This document shows, in pieces, positions 48,859 to 60,250 of a DNA stretch of 64,000 nucleotides. Position 1 is the stretch's first letter, and each line of letters starts with the position of its first letter. Origin of the DNA: an uncultured virus (IMG/VR IMGVR_UViG_3300031787_000071) (taxonomy: Duplodnaviria > Heunggongvirae > Uroviricota > Caudoviricetes); the IMG/VR virus record IMGVR_UViG_3300031787_000071. The stretch is one strand, 5' to 3'. The notes below the pieces were generated by a model. That model saw only the letters and a list, made by a program, of their open reading frames with translations, did not search any database and had not been told where the DNA came from. The translations under genes were made by a program, and so were the position numbers.

Positions 48859-49581
48859 TTAATTGCCGTCCCACTTATCATACCATCTTCTAAATGCCAT
48901 TTCCATACTTTCATTTATTGCCCAATCGCAACTCCAACCCATCATGCCGCCTTTCCATGTTCCTGCTTTCTTGCCCAATTCGACATTTGATTCACAAGAA
49001 ACAACTCGTTCAACTTTATTGAATAATGGCAACCATGTAAACCACAACCAACGCCATTCTCTTTCTTCACCCGTTAATGTGATTATTGCCTGTTGACGGC
49101 GACCATCTTTTGTATAGTGATCCAATTCTACCGTTCTAGCACATTTTTCTAAAAGGCCTCTTTTTAGATTTTCATCCTTCCAACCATTTAACATTTCATG
49201 CCAATGGTAATGTTCACCAATTTTTTCGCCAGAATAATCCCACAAATTGGTTTGATATACACTACCATCAGGCAATAAAAGGTCATGGCGAACAATTTGC
49301 CAACGCCATGGCATATCAATTGCAGTGTATTTGTCCAATCCTTTGTAGATAAAAAATACACCTTCACTATATGAGAAACCATATTTTGGTCCCATAATTG
49401 AAGTAAAATCTCCAACACCTTTTGTTGGCCACAATCCTATACTTGCAAAGAATTTCCAGAAACCAAATGAAATTTTTAAATATTTGTTTTCATCACCCTC
49501 TGTTGGCCATATCAAATACATGTGCCAAAATTTATAGTCTGACCAAGTAATTTCAAAAAAATTGTTTCTCATGTTATGCAA
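48859..49581 (-). CDS. Trp-rich hypothetical protein
   Basis: 240-aa ORF; G.WKGG motif. Confidence 0.65.
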   Translation of the reverse strand: MHNMRNNFFEITWSDYKFWHMYLIWPTEGDENKYLKISFGFWKFFASIGLWPTKGVGDFTSIMGPKYGFSYSEGVFFIYKGLDKYTAIDMPWRWQIVRHDLLLPDGSVYQTNLWDYSGEKIGEHYHWHEMLNGWKDENLKRGLLEKCARTVELDHYTKDGRRQQAIITLTGEEREWRWLWFTWLPLFNKVERVVSCESNVELGKKAGTWKGGMMGWSCDWAINESMEMAFRRWYDKWDGN

Positions 49582-49807
49582 TCCTTCATCTCACGCCAAT
49601 AGTTTCGCTCTGCCCAATGTATGACACACCAATCTTCAATACATTGTTCGGATGTTAGTTTCTCAATAGGTTGATTATTTTCAATCATACGAACATACCA
49701 GTAAGACCAGTATTGCTCTAAAATATCTTGATCAGATAATGTTTCCCAATGTGTGTATTCTTGACCTGATTCTGTCTCATCGGGATAAACGATAGTCCAA
49801 AATTTCA

Positions 49808-50311
49808 TTACACAAAACCTTCTTCATTTTGTTCGGCTTGTTGTGGATCATGCGATGAAACACGCCACTCATAGATTGGCTCATCAGGCACAATATAAGG
49901 AAATTTTACTGGTACACGACTTTCGAAAGCGGTGTAATGTGATTTATATACATTTCCATCATCATCTTTATACCATTCCCAAAATACTTTACCATCGATA
50001 TCATATGCTTCACCGTCTTTACCATCTTTGAATACAGAACCACATCTTTTGTTTTGATAGTGTGGTTTTCCACTGATTTCAGCAACATCAGTCCATTCAT
50101 CATCTTCACCTGTTAATGGTGATAGTGGTTTAAAACGAAGTAATTTTTCTAAACACTGTAATGCATAACTCGCAGAGAATCCAGAATGTCCTTCTTCTGA
50201 AAATTCATGTATCATGTGTAGCAAATGTCTACGCATTGCTCCATTCATGTCATCATCATCGGTCATACCAATACGGTCTAATTCACTTTCTGCATATTGT
50301 ACTAAACTCAT
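49808..50311 (-). CDS. Conserved phage hypothetical protein
   Basis: GHSGFSA...PLSPLTGEDDEW...QNKRC..VFK. Confidence 0.75.
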   Translation of the reverse strand: MSLVQYAESELDRIGMTDDDDMNGAMRRHLLHMIHEFSEEGHSGFSASYALQCLEKLLRFKPLSPLTGEDDEWTDVAEISGKPHYQNKRCGSVFKDGKDGEAYDIDGKVFWEWYKDDDGNVYKSHYTAFESRVPVKFPYIVPDEPIYEWRVSSHDPQQAEQNEEGFV

Positions 50312-50739
50312 TGTAACTCCCTCATATAAATTTCATGAATTAAATTGCTGACAAATTTTGGATCCAACTCTGTAGAATTATTATCTTCAAATGGTATGAT
50401 ATCAACTAAATCAGCATTGACATCATACCAAGCCCAAATGCAAACTTCTTCTTTTGGTCGATGAATCAAAGCCCAAGGCGTTTGTTCATGTGGTGGAAAT
50501 TCCTCATTCAATGAATTTTTGTGAATGAATACAGCAAACGACAATGTGTTTGTATCATTATTTTCCAAATCATTTTCTTCATCATACCCATAGCCATCGA
50601 AAATGATTTTTACACCAAAAGGTGCCTCACCCGAATCATTGCCTGCTGTAAGCACACCCTCGTCCATTGTTGCAATGAAATCACGAATCCATTCTTCAAC
50701 GATTTTACTATAATCTCTTTCATCATCAAAATAAATCAT
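50308..50739 (-). CDS. Acidic hypothetical protein
   Basis: ORF with AGGAG RBS. Confidence 0.65.
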   Translation of the reverse strand: MIYFDDERDYSKIVEEWIRDFIATMDEGVLTAGNDSGEAPFGVKIIFDGYGYDEENDLENNDTNTLSFAVFIHKNSLNEEFPPHEQTPWALIHRPKEEVCIWAWYDVNADLVDIIPFEDNNSTELDPKFVSNLIHEIYMRELQ

Positions 50740-50753
50740 AATATACTCCTGTG

Positions 50754-51521
50754 TTAGTTATTCAAATCTTCTACTTTCAACTTTGCGATAATGTAATCTT
50801 TTACTAAACTACTTCTCACAATATCTTCAACTGTAAATTCAACTCTTGTAAATGCTGCCATATGGTATGCAATGTCAAAGAATTTCAAAATACCAGAAAC
50901 ATCATTTTTCTTTTTGTTCAAATCAGTTTGACGATAATCACCACACCAAATAATTTTTGAACGATATCCAACTCGGGTCATAACGGTATCAATTTCCTCG
51001 AATGATAAATTCTGACATTCATCAACGATAATGATTGCGTCATCGAAGGACATTCCCCGGATAAATGAGGTGGAAATAAATTCAATATGCCCCTGTTCTT
51101 CTAATCTATCCCATGCATCTCTGCGTCCGAATAATGTTTCACAAATTTGTCTATATGGTTGCTGATAGATTTCCATCTTCTCATGTACATCACCCGGTAA
51201 ATGGCCAATTTCTCTAGACTGTACAGCCGAACGAACAACAATGATTTTCTGAAAAGGATTATTTCTATCTAAAACTTCTTCTAAGGCTTTATATAATGCA
51301 CAAAATGTTTTTCCTGTTCCTGCTACACCATGCAGTGCTATAAAATAATCTTGCCTTTTATATGCATCAAAAAATATTTTTTGATTTTCTGTCAATGGGT
51401 CAAATGTTTTTAAATCATCTATTTTAATTCTCAAATTATGTGTTCCTGTTTTTATTTTTGAGTTTTTTGTTGAATGTTCACTTTCAACAATTTGCAGGTC
51501 TACAGAAGATTTTCTTGCCAT
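50754..51521 (-). CDS. phoH: PhoH-family ATPase
   Basis: GVAGTGKT, IGHLPG, RGMSF, IIVDECQN, GD..QTDL, DIVRS. Confidence 0.95.
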   Translation of the reverse strand: MARKSSVDLQIVESEHSTKNSKIKTGTHNLRIKIDDLKTFDPLTENQKIFFDAYKRQDYFIALHGVAGTGKTFCALYKALEEVLDRNNPFQKIIVVRSAVQSREIGHLPGDVHEKMEIYQQPYRQICETLFGRRDAWDRLEEQGHIEFISTSFIRGMSFDDAIIIVDECQNLSFEEIDTVMTRVGYRSKIIWCGDYRQTDLNKKKNDVSGILKFFDIAYHMAAFTRVEFTVEDIVRSSLVKDYIIAKLKVEDLNN

Positions 51522-52057
51522 TAATTCTCCCTTTTGTTATATTATTGATTCTTTTCTTAGTTTACCAATTACACTTGCATTAGCTGTGACAACTCTGGCA
51601 CGATAAATTCGACTCATTTGATTCGTATCTTCTTGTGCAGTAAATTCGATATGATTCGAATTCATTAATCCGTCTATCAATTTTCGAACTAATTTTTCTT
51701 TGAGTAATTTCTCATATTCATCTCCATCTAATCCTCTGTATGAAAGAGATTCGATATGATTGACATTTAATTGAACCGAAATGGTCGATAGAGAATTCAA
51801 CAATTCATCATTTAGTATCATGATGATTCATCTTTCTTTCATAACGTTCAGAATCAATTCTTTTCCATTCCTGTTCTCTTTCCAAGATTTCTTCGTCCCA
51901 TTTCATTTGACTTAAAACTACTTTATAAATGGCTTGTATAACAATGCCAAGTAAAACGATACCAAAGATGGGTAGAATCCAATTTGTTGGAATGTTTATC
52001 ATAACAAATGCTAAAAATGTTGTTAGCATAAAGAAAGACAGTATGATAAGAGCTGTC

Positions 52058-52798
52058 TTAATTGCTGCTTTCTTGTGTATTTTCATTTTTTGTAAAAGTA
52101 AAAATAGTAGTTAATTGATTTAAATGTGTGATTTTAACATGAAAAGCCTCGATGCTCTTTTTAAATTCTTCTGTGAATGTTTCGACGCAAAAATTTCCAT
52201 TTAGTTTTTTAATTTCTACGAAGAAATCATACCCAAAAGTTTTGTAATGGTCGTTTTCTCCATGTATAAGAATTCTTTCTTCATCACTAGTTAAAAACTC
52301 GCCTCCTTCTATTGTTTTTGTTGATAAAAAATCTTTTGCAAGAGGAACATGAAATATCATACGTCCCTTAGGTTTAAGTATTCTAACAAGTTCAGTTAAA
52401 TGATCGACATATTTTCCCGGAATATGTTCTAAAACACTAGAATGTATGATAAGGTCGAAGTAATTGTCGGAAAATATTCTAATATCGTCCGGTAGTTTTA
52501 ATCTAAGGAAAGGTATGGGTAAGTTTTCATTATAGTTTTCGTAGTATTTTGATTTATAGTCAGATAAGTAATATCCTGATCCAATTATTGAAAATAAATT
52601 ATTTACTATTCCTGGATCAGGAGAAATATGTAAAACTCTTATATTTTCGAATGTGGTTTTTTTGTTTAAATATCCATACTTTTCTAATGTGGAATAAAGC
52701 AATCTATGCCTAGACTCACTTCCACAATTTTCACACATTTTTTGTTGAAATTTTTTCTCACCACAAATATTACATGACGATTCATTCTTTATACTCAC
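52058..52798 (-). CDS. Class I SAM-dependent methyltransferase-like protein with N-terminal Zn knuckle
   Basis: CxxC..CxxC.S..RHR; FDLIIHSSVLEHI; RILKPKG. Confidence 0.8.
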   Translation of the reverse strand: MSIKNESSCNICGEKKFQQKMCENCGSESRHRLLYSTLEKYGYLNKKTTFENIRVLHISPDPGIVNNLFSIIGSGYYLSDYKSKYYENYNENLPIPFLRLKLPDDIRIFSDNYFDLIIHSSVLEHIPGKYVDHLTELVRILKPKGRMIFHVPLAKDFLSTKTIEGGEFLTSDEERILIHGENDHYKTFGYDFFVEIKKLNGNFCVETFTEEFKKSIEAFHVKITHLNQLTTIFTFTKNENTQESSN

Positions 52799-53038
52799 TA
52801 TTTACCCTTTCGCCGTCAATGCAAATTTCACCTTTAAAAACATAAACATTTGAATCAACTCGTATTTGTTCAAATACTTGATTGTTTACACATTTATAGG
52901 GGTCTTTGTAATTCATAAAATAATAGTATGCACCGTAACCAATGCCTGCTAGTACAAGCAGTATAGGAATTATTTTGATATATTTTGATAACTCTGGCAA
53001 AGCCGAGAGTATTTGTGGTAGAAATTTAAGTAAATCTT

Positions 53039-53446
53039 TCATTGGTAGTTTGCTACAAAAGATTCATAAAGGTTTAAACCGTAGAGCTCTGCCTCGATTT
53101 CCCAAGGTTTGTTTTCGTATACAATATTTTTAGAAACTTTTTTGCCTCGCCATCTTGTCATCGGTTCATTTAAATATCCCAACGAATATTGTTTTACGTG
53201 AACCATTTCATGCGCCAAGGTTTTTAGTTTATCATCTATACTCAAACAACGGTTTACTTCAATGATAAAAGAATCTGGTTTACCTTTAAGGTTATAATTA
53301 TCTATATAGACTAGACCAAAAACATCTAGATTTTTGTACCGAATTGTAAGTTCTAATTGAGCGATTCTCGCAGGCGTAAACAGCAACTCGGCAAAATGAT
53401 CAATTGCCAAGAGGTGTTTTTTCGGTACTTTTCCATTGATAATCAT
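53039..53446 (-). CDS. Zincin metallopeptidase-like protein
   Basis: LAHEMVHVKQ...PWEIEA. Confidence 0.8.
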   Translation of the reverse strand: MIINGKVPKKHLLAIDHFAELLFTPARIAQLELTIRYKNLDVFGLVYIDNYNLKGKPDSFIIEVNRCLSIDDKLKTLAHEMVHVKQYSLGYLNEPMTRWRGKKVSKNIVYENKPWEIEAELYGLNLYESFVANYQ

Positions 53447-53482
53447 ACGTCATTGTAACACGGAAAAATGTGTTTGTCAAGC

Positions 53483-53797
53483 TCACCACTTTTCTGCCCG
53501 AGACCACGATGAATCATAATCTAGATTATAATCGGTTACATCAGGAATGTCAACAGCAAAATCATCTACCGAAATTTCTCTCCAATCTTCACCTTTATTC
53601 ATTGCCGTAACCATGCGGCGAGATTTTTCTTGGGTAGCAATACCTTCTGGTGTTTGGTGATATTCGATGAGTTTTTTGCGGCGAACTTTTTTATCTTCTT
53701 CAGTATGCTCACGAACATTGCCGCAAGACCTTGAGCAAAAGGGACCACGTTTCGTATGAGTAGTGCCGCAGCGAGGACAATCTTTTTCTTTTGCCAT
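53483..53797 (-). CDS. Zinc-finger hypothetical protein
   Basis: CPRC...FCSRSC. Confidence 0.65.
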   Translation of the reverse strand: MAKEKDCPRCGTTHTKRGPFCSRSCGNVREHTEEDKKVRRKKLIEYHQTPEGIATQEKSRRMVTAMNKGEDWREISVDDFAVDIPDVTDYNLDYDSSWSRAEKW

Positions 53798-54518
53798 AAA
53801 AATACCCAGACTAAGCTGGGTTTTCGTTACCTTGTAATAATATACTAGGATCTTTTTCACAAAGGAAGTTTATATACTTGACGGCATCATTTTCGTTTTC
53901 AAAGTACCGAATGATGGTTTGACAAGTGTAAGCAGAAATAAAAATGAGTAGTACACTTTCATCTTTAGAGATGGAGAATTTAATGTACCACCCATTTCGT
54001 TCTACTGGTGACCAAAATTTTAAATCACTTTTTACTTGATTGAACTTTACCTGGTTCAAAGTCAATGGCTTCTTTTGCATAGTTTCCTAATCCTACTACA
54101 AATTTTTCAGACTCTTTGGTATATGTAGTAAAAAAGGAATATGTAGCATGGTCAAAAGCTTTATTGTATGACTTGAAACCTTCAACTTTAAGGTCAATGA
54201 AGGCCTTCATAAAATCTTTTTGACGCTCTGCAACTTCATTGAAAGTCGGTACTGGTGGGAATGTATAAAACATTTTAGTTTCTCCTGTAATTTGAATAAT
54301 ATTGGATCCAATGTTCTACGTCAGCCGTAGATTTTGGATTTTTAGACTCAATAAATACTTCTATCTCCGATTTATGATCCGGTGTTAGAAAATCGATTAA
54401 TTTTTGTAAGCAACTCATAAAAACTCCTGTACAAGTATATATCCAATCCTATGTTGCAAGAGCACATTTTTTACGGTAATTAGTTTGACTAAATAGTGTA
54501 TAAATTCAAGAGGTACCC

Positions 54519-54716
54519 ATGCCAAACACAAAAGTAAAATCGCATAATCTTGCAAACACCGCAGTCACAGCAGGTTCTTATGGCGGGGATGGAAATGCAG
54601 CGGCTATTACTGTCGATGCACAAGGTCGAATCACAGCAGCATCAAATGTTGCGGTAAGTGGCGGCGGTAGTGCAGAATCTTCAATACCAACAATGTTAAT
54701 GTTATCGGGAATGTAA
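54519..54716 (+). CDS. Small virion/fibre-associated protein
   Basis: VTAGSYG...ITVDAQGRITAA fibre repeat motif; CTAAATA late promoter near 54489. Confidence 0.7.
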   Translation: MPNTKVKSHNLANTAVTAGSYGGDGNAAAITVDAQGRITAASNVAVSGGGSAESSIPTMLMLSGM

Positions 54717-54717
54717 A

Positions 54718-55050
54718 ATGCCACAAACCTTCAAAGTACTAGGACAATCAAATCCAACAGCATTTACAAATACAACTTTGTATACTGTACCAGCAGCGAC
54801 TCAAGCGGTTATATCAACAATTACAATTGCAAATGCCAATACTTCCGCAAATGCAAATTATAGTATTGCGGTACGCCCAGCCGGAGAAGCTATTGCTGCA
54901 AAACACTATATTACAAACAACAATGTGGTTCAATCGGTGGATAGTATCGCATTGACTTTGGGATTGACTTTGGGAAATACTGATGTGGTTACTGTTTATA
55001 CTTCATCATCTAATGTTTCATTTGGTATTTTTGGATCAGAGATAACGTAA
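54718..55050 (+). CDS. Beta-rich virion protein
   Basis: KVLGQ..P...LYTVP...FGSEI. Confidence 0.7.
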   Translation: MPQTFKVLGQSNPTAFTNTTLYTVPAATQAVISTITIANANTSANANYSIAVRPAGEAIAAKHYITNNNVVQSVDSIALTLGLTLGNTDVVTVYTSSSNVSFGIFGSEIT

Positions 55051-55051
55051 T

Positions 55052-55987
55052 ATGGCGATCAAGTCATTTGTAGAACAAAATATTAGATCACAAAGATTTA
55101 ATAGAAGAGACACCTCGAATCCTTCGCGCAACGTAACTACTCCCACGGTCGAGTATTTGGTAGTTGCGGGTGGCGGTGGTGGTGGATACGGATCATCCTC
55201 TGGAGGTGGTGGAGCTGGAGGACTTTTAACAGCAACTAATTTTTCTATAACCAAAGGTTCTTCTTTAACTGTTACTGTTGGCGCGGGTGGTAATGGAGGC
55301 ACCACGGCCAGTGGATCTAAAGGTTCTAACTCAGTTTTTAGTAGCGTCACTGCTATAGGAGGAGGTTTTGGATCTTATAATGGTGCTAGTGGTGGTACCG
55401 GTGGATCAGGCGGCGGCGGTGGATTGAGTACGTTTACTGGCGGAGGCGCAGGTGGCACCGTGCAAAGTTCCGGCCAAGGAAATGCCGGCGGTGCAGCAAC
55501 TGGTGATGGTTCTACTAGATTTTCATCCGGTGGAGGTGGAGGAGCAGGAGGTAACGGACAAACATGGACAACAGGTGTAACTGTCGCCTCTGATGGAGGA
55601 TTAGCACTTCAATCATCAATATCTGGAACTTTAACATATTATGCCGGCGGCGGTGGCTCAGGACAAGACACTCGAGCAACAGCTCTGACTAGGGCTGGAT
55701 ACGGAGGAGGAACTACTACAACTTCTCAAAAAGGAGGAGCGGGTGATGGAGGTACTAATGGAAGCGCAGGGCAAAGTGGATCTACAAACACCGGCGGTGG
55801 CGGCGCCAGCGGTTCTTATAGTCCTGGAGGCACTGGAAATGGAGGCGCAGGAGGTTCCGGAATTGTAATTATAAGATATACTTCAAATTTTCTGGATGCT
55901 GCTTCGACCACAGGATCTCCAACACTAACAATTTCTGGTGGATTTAAAATTTATACTTTCACAGGTTCAGGTTCAATTACTTTCTAA
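55052..55987 (+). CDS. Glycine-rich virion/fibre protein
   Basis: VEYLVVAGGG...GGSGIVIIRY...YTFTGSG. Confidence 0.8.
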   Translation: MAIKSFVEQNIRSQRFNRRDTSNPSRNVTTPTVEYLVVAGGGGGGYGSSSGGGGAGGLLTATNFSITKGSSLTVTVGAGGNGGTTASGSKGSNSVFSSVTAIGGGFGSYNGASGGTGGSGGGGGLSTFTGGGAGGTVQSSGQGNAGGAATGDGSTRFSSGGGGGAGGNGQTWTTGVTVASDGGLALQSSISGTLTYYAGGGGSGQDTRATALTRAGYGGGTTTTSQKGGAGDGGTNGSAGQSGSTNTGGGGASGSYSPGGTGNGGAGGSGIVIIRYTSNFLDAASTTGSPTLTISGGFKIYTFTGSGSITF

Positions 55988-56012
55988 TCACGAAAAATAA
56001 AAAGAAAAAGAT

Positions 56013-59000
56013 ATGCCATTAACACAACTAACAGGCGGATTAATTGAACCAGGATCAATTCAACAGTCCGATTTAAGTACAGAAGTAGCAGCAAACATAT
56101 CTTCTGCTTTTGCTGCGGCTAACTCCGCAGCATCTTACGCCAATCAGGCATTTTCTGCGGCGAATACAGCATCATCGGGTAGCATAGATAGTTACGCTAG
56201 AGATACAGCGAATAGTGCCGCTTTTTATGCTAATAGTGCATTTAACGAAGCGAATTCGGCCTTCAATAAAGCCAATACTTCTGTTATAGCAGGTAGTTAT
56301 GCAAACTCAGCATACAGTCAGGCCAACAATGCAACTACAAATGCTGGAGTGGCAGACACTAAAGCTGTAAATGCGGGATCATATGCTAACTCTGCGTATA
56401 GTCAAGCTAATACCGCCACAACAAATGCATCTACAGCTGATGGTAAAGCAGTAACAGCTGGTAACTATGCGAATACAGCATACAGTCAAGCAAACACCGC
56501 AACTATTAATGCTGCAACAGCCGATAGTAAAGCAGTAAGTGCTGGAGAATATGCTAATACTGCCTTTGGTCAAGCCAATACGGCCGTAACCAATGCTGCT
56601 ACAGCTGATGATAAAGCTGTAAGTACTGCATCATATTCTAATTCAGCATTTGGTGCCGCTAATAGTGGTTCATCTTATGCCAATTCAGCATATACTCAAG
56701 CTAATACAGCAACAACAAATTCAACTACAGCTGATCAAAAGGCCACAAGTGCTGGAGAATACGCTAACTCAGCCTATGGTCAATCTAATACCGCAATCAC
56801 TAATGCATCTACCGCTGATGGTAAGGCTGTAACAGCTGGCATTTATGCCAACGCTGCCTTCAGTGAGGCCAACACTGTTGATTCTAAAGCAGTAACAGCT
56901 GGTAACTATGCCAACTCGGCATTTGGTGTTGCGAACACTGCAACTACAAATGCTGCGACTGCCGACAGCAAAGCAGTATCATCCGGAGTTTATGCTAACA
57001 GTGCTTATGGTGCTGCTAACACAGTAGATTCTAAAATTATTGATGTTGGTGGTTATGCTAACTCAGCATACACTCAAGCAAATACCGCAGATAGTAAAGC
57101 AGTAACATCTGGTAACTATGCTAACTCAGCATATACTCAAGCAAATACATCTGACAGTAAAGCGGTAAGTGCTGGTAGTTATGCTAACTCAGCTTACACA
57201 CAAGCAAATACAGCAACTACAAATGCAGCAACTGCCGACAGTAAAGCTGTAAGTGCAGGATCATATGCTAATTCGTCCTTTAGTGTGGCTAATACAGCAA
57301 CTACAAATGCTGCTACAGCTGATGGTAAAGCTGTTGATGCAGGACAATATGCTAACTCTGCTTATACTCAAGCAAACACTGCAACTACAAATGCTGCTAC
57401 AGCTGATGGTAAAGCAGTAACAGCTGGCAGTTATGCTAATGCAGCGTTTGGTATTGCCAACACAGCAGATGTCAATTCTATTTCTGCTGGTAACTATGCT
57501 AATGCTGCTTTTGCTGTGGCCAATAGTGGTATTACCGATTCTTGGGCTAGAGATACTGCAAACGCTGCATCTAGTTATGCCAATTCAGGATTTTATACTG
57601 CTAATAGTTCTGGTCTTTATGCTAATGCAGCATTTGCGGCCGCAAATACAGGAGTGCCAGATACTTTAGCTAGAGATACTGCTAATGCGGCATCAAGTTA
57701 TGCCAATTCTTCTTTTAATACAGCGAATACTGCTGACAGTAAAGCAGTGAGTGCTGGTAGTTATGCTAACTCAGCTTTTGGTGCAGCAAACACAACAGCA
57801 ATTTACGCAAACGCTGCATTTGCTGATGCCAACACCAAATTTAGTTCATCGGGCGGCACAATCTCTGGTAACGTTACTATCCTCTATGATCTTAGTGTCT
57901 TAGGAAATGTTAGTTTTACAGGAAATGTTACTTCTGTAACTGTCACTGGTAATAGTGGTCAATTTTTTGGTGAAGCGAACGGGCATAACGCATTATATGC
58001 TGGTATTCCTGTTGGATATGACTATCAGCCACATACAGTATTTCAAGCATCAACAAATGAGGATAATTACTCTCAAATAAACATTCAAAACATTAATCCT
58101 GGAAATAACGCATCATCTGATTATGTTGCTACGGCCGATAACGGTACTGAAAATGATACTTATATTGACATGGGTATTGCTAGTAGTCTGCATGCCGATC
58201 CTGAATTTACGTTAGTTGGTCCAAATGATGGTTACTTGTATGTGTCTGGCAATACAGTCACGGGCGGTGGTGGCCTTGTAATTGGTACACTTTTAGAAAA
58301 TGATGTCATATTTACTGCTGGTGGCATGAATGAAGAAAATGAACAAATGCGTATCATTGGTTCAAGCAATACGATTAACATTCGTTCTAATGTAGATTCA
58401 AGTATCGCAAAGAGTGTTTTATTGGGACCAATTGCAAACCTTCATATTACAGGTGGTTCAAATGATGATTATATTAGAACCGATGGTTCAGGTAATCTGA
58501 CATTTGCAAATTTAACTTCCGCAAATGTAATTAAAGTTTTATATGATACAGCTAACACTACTAGTCAAACAGCTGTAAGTTCTAGTTCATATGCAAATGG
58601 CGCTTTTGCTGCAGCTAATACAGCAGACCAAAAAGCTGTAACGGCTGGAACATACGCCAATGCGGCATTTGCAGCCGCTAATACAGGCGCCAGTAGTTCA
58701 GACCAATATGCTAGAGACACTGCTAATGCTGCATCTAGTTATGCCAATTCATCTTATAGTCAAGCAAACACAGCCACAACTAATGCTGCTACAGCTGATG
58801 GTAAAGCTGTAACAGCTGGATCATATGCTAATGCTGCCTTTGCTTTAGCTAATACCTCAGATAGTAAAGCAGTAACAGCAGGTAACTATGCTAATTCAGC
58901 TTATGGTCAAGCTAATACAGCAACTACCAATGCTACTACTGCTGACTCTAAAGCTTTAACGGCAGGTGATTACGCTAACTCATCCTATACTCAAGCTAAT

Positions 59001-60248
59001 ACTGCTACAACAAATGCATCTACAGCTGATGGTAAAGCTGTAACAGCTGGTAACTATGCTAATAGTGCTTATGGTCAAGCTAATACTGCTACGACTAATG
59101 CTGCAACTGCTGATGGTAAAGCTGTAACAGCAGGATCTTATGCTAATGGAGCTTATACTCAAGCTAATACCGCAACTACTAATGCTGCTACAGCTGATGG
59201 TAAAGCAGTAACAGCTGGTAACTATGCTAATAGTGCTTTTGCTGCTGCGAATACTGCTACAACAAATGCATCTACAGCTGATTCTAAAGCTGTTGATGCT
59301 GGTAACTATGCTAACTCTGCATTTAGTGTTGCTAATACGTCAGACAGTAAAGCAGTAACATCTGGATCATATGCTAATTCAGCTTACACGCAAGCAAATA
59401 CAGCAACTACCGATGCTGCTACTGCTGACAGTAAAGCAGTAACAGCTGGTAACTATGCTAATTCAGCTTATACTCAAGCTAATACAGCAACTACCAATGC
59501 TACTACTGCTGATCAAAAGGCCACAAGTGCTGGATCATATGCTAATTCAGCTTATGGTCAAGCTAATACTGCTACAACAAATGCATCTACCGCTGATGGT
59601 AAGGCTGTAACAGCTGGTAACTATGCTAACTCGGCATTTGGTTCAGCTAATACTGCCGACAGTAAAGCAGTAACATCTGGATCATATGCTAATTCGGCAT
59701 TTGGTGTAGCAAATACCGCAGATAGTAAAGCTGTAACAGCTGGATCATATGCTAATTCATCATTCACTACCGCTAACACTGTAACATCAGCGAGTTTGTA
59801 TGCTAATGGTGCTTTTGCTTCTGCAAACACTCGACTAGCTACAGCTGGTGGTACAATTTCTGGTGATTTAACAGTAACAGGATTCACCACTTTACAAGAA
59901 GTAACAGAAGTTTTAAGTACATTAACTGGTGCTACAGGAACAGTAACTCATAACTTAACTGATGGTTCTGTTTTTTATCACACAAGTGCTGCAGCAAACT
60001 TTACTGCGAATTTTACAAATGTACCAACCACAACAAGTCGATCTATTACAGTTACGATTGTTATAGTACAAGGTGCAACAGGATATATACCAAATGCCGT
60101 ACAAATAGATGGCGCAGCACAAACAATTAATTGGGCTGGCGGTGCAGCACCCACACCAACAGCAAACAAAACTGAATTTTATTCATTTAATTTATTAAGA
60201 ATAGGATCTGCATGGTCTGTATTTGGTTCTGAGATTACATTTGGTTAA
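56013..60248 (+). CDS. Long tail fibre/adhesin with Ala/Asn/Thr heptad repeats
   Basis: Dozens of YANSAY.QANTATTNA.TAD.KAV.AG repeats; central and C-terminal non-repeat domains. Confidence 0.85.
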   Translation: MPLTQLTGGLIEPGSIQQSDLSTEVAANISSAFAAANSAASYANQAFSAANTASSGSIDSYARDTANSAAFYANSAFNEANSAFNKANTSVIAGSYANSAYSQANNATTNAGVADTKAVNAGSYANSAYSQANTATTNASTADGKAVTAGNYANTAYSQANTATINAATADSKAVSAGEYANTAFGQANTAVTNAATADDKAVSTASYSNSAFGAANSGSSYANSAYTQANTATTNSTTADQKATSAGEYANSAYGQSNTAITNASTADGKAVTAGIYANAAFSEANTVDSKAVTAGNYANSAFGVANTATTNAATADSKAVSSGVYANSAYGAANTVDSKIIDVGGYANSAYTQANTADSKAVTSGNYANSAYTQANTSDSKAVSAGSYANSAYTQANTATTNAATADSKAVSAGSYANSSFSVANTATTNAATADGKAVDAGQYANSAYTQANTATTNAATADGKAVTAGSYANAAFGIANTADVNSISAGNYANAAFAVANSGITDSWARDTANAASSYANSGFYTANSSGLYANAAFAAANTGVPDTLARDTANAASSYANSSFNTANTADSKAVSAGSYANSAFGAANTTAIYANAAFADANTKFSSSGGTISGNVTILYDLSVLGNVSFTGNVTSVTVTGNSGQFFGEANGHNALYAGIPVGYDYQPHTVFQASTNEDNYSQINIQNINPGNNASSDYVATADNGTENDTYIDMGIASSLHADPEFTLVGPNDGYLYVSGNTVTGGGGLVIGTLLENDVIFTAGGMNEENEQMRIIGSSNTINIRSNVDSSIAKSVLLGPIANLHITGGSNDDYIRTDGSGNLTFANLTSANVIKVLYDTANTTSQTAVSSSSYANGAFAAANTADQKAVTAGTYANAAFAAANTGASSSDQYARDTANAASSYANSSYSQANTATTNAATADGKAVTAGSYANAAFALANTSDSKAVTAGNYANSAYGQANTATTNATTADSKALTAGDYANSSYTQANTATTNASTADGKAVTAGNYANSAYGQANTATTNAATADGKAVTAGSYANGAYTQANTATTNAATADGKAVTAGNYANSAFAAANTATTNASTADSKAVDAGNYANSAFSVANTSDSKAVTSGSYANSAYTQANTATTDAATADSKAVTAGNYANSAYTQANTATTNATTADQKATSAGSYANSAYGQANTATTNASTADGKAVTAGNYANSAFGSANTADSKAVTSGSYANSAFGVANTADSKAVTAGSYANSSFTTANTVTSASLYANGAFASANTRLATAGGTISGDLTVTGFTTLQEVTEVLSTLTGATGTVTHNLTDGSVFYHTSAAANFTANFTNVPTTTSRSITVTIVIVQGATGYIPNAVQIDGAAQTINWAGGAAPTPTANKTEFYSFNLLRIGSAWSVFGSEITFG

Positions 60249-60250
60249 AT

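Noticed and set aside
56100..59830. Tandem DNA repeats as a possible CRISPR array or DGR template
   Set aside because: They are in-frame coding repeats with synonymous variation, have no unique spacers, and no reverse transcriptase or cas operon is in the window.
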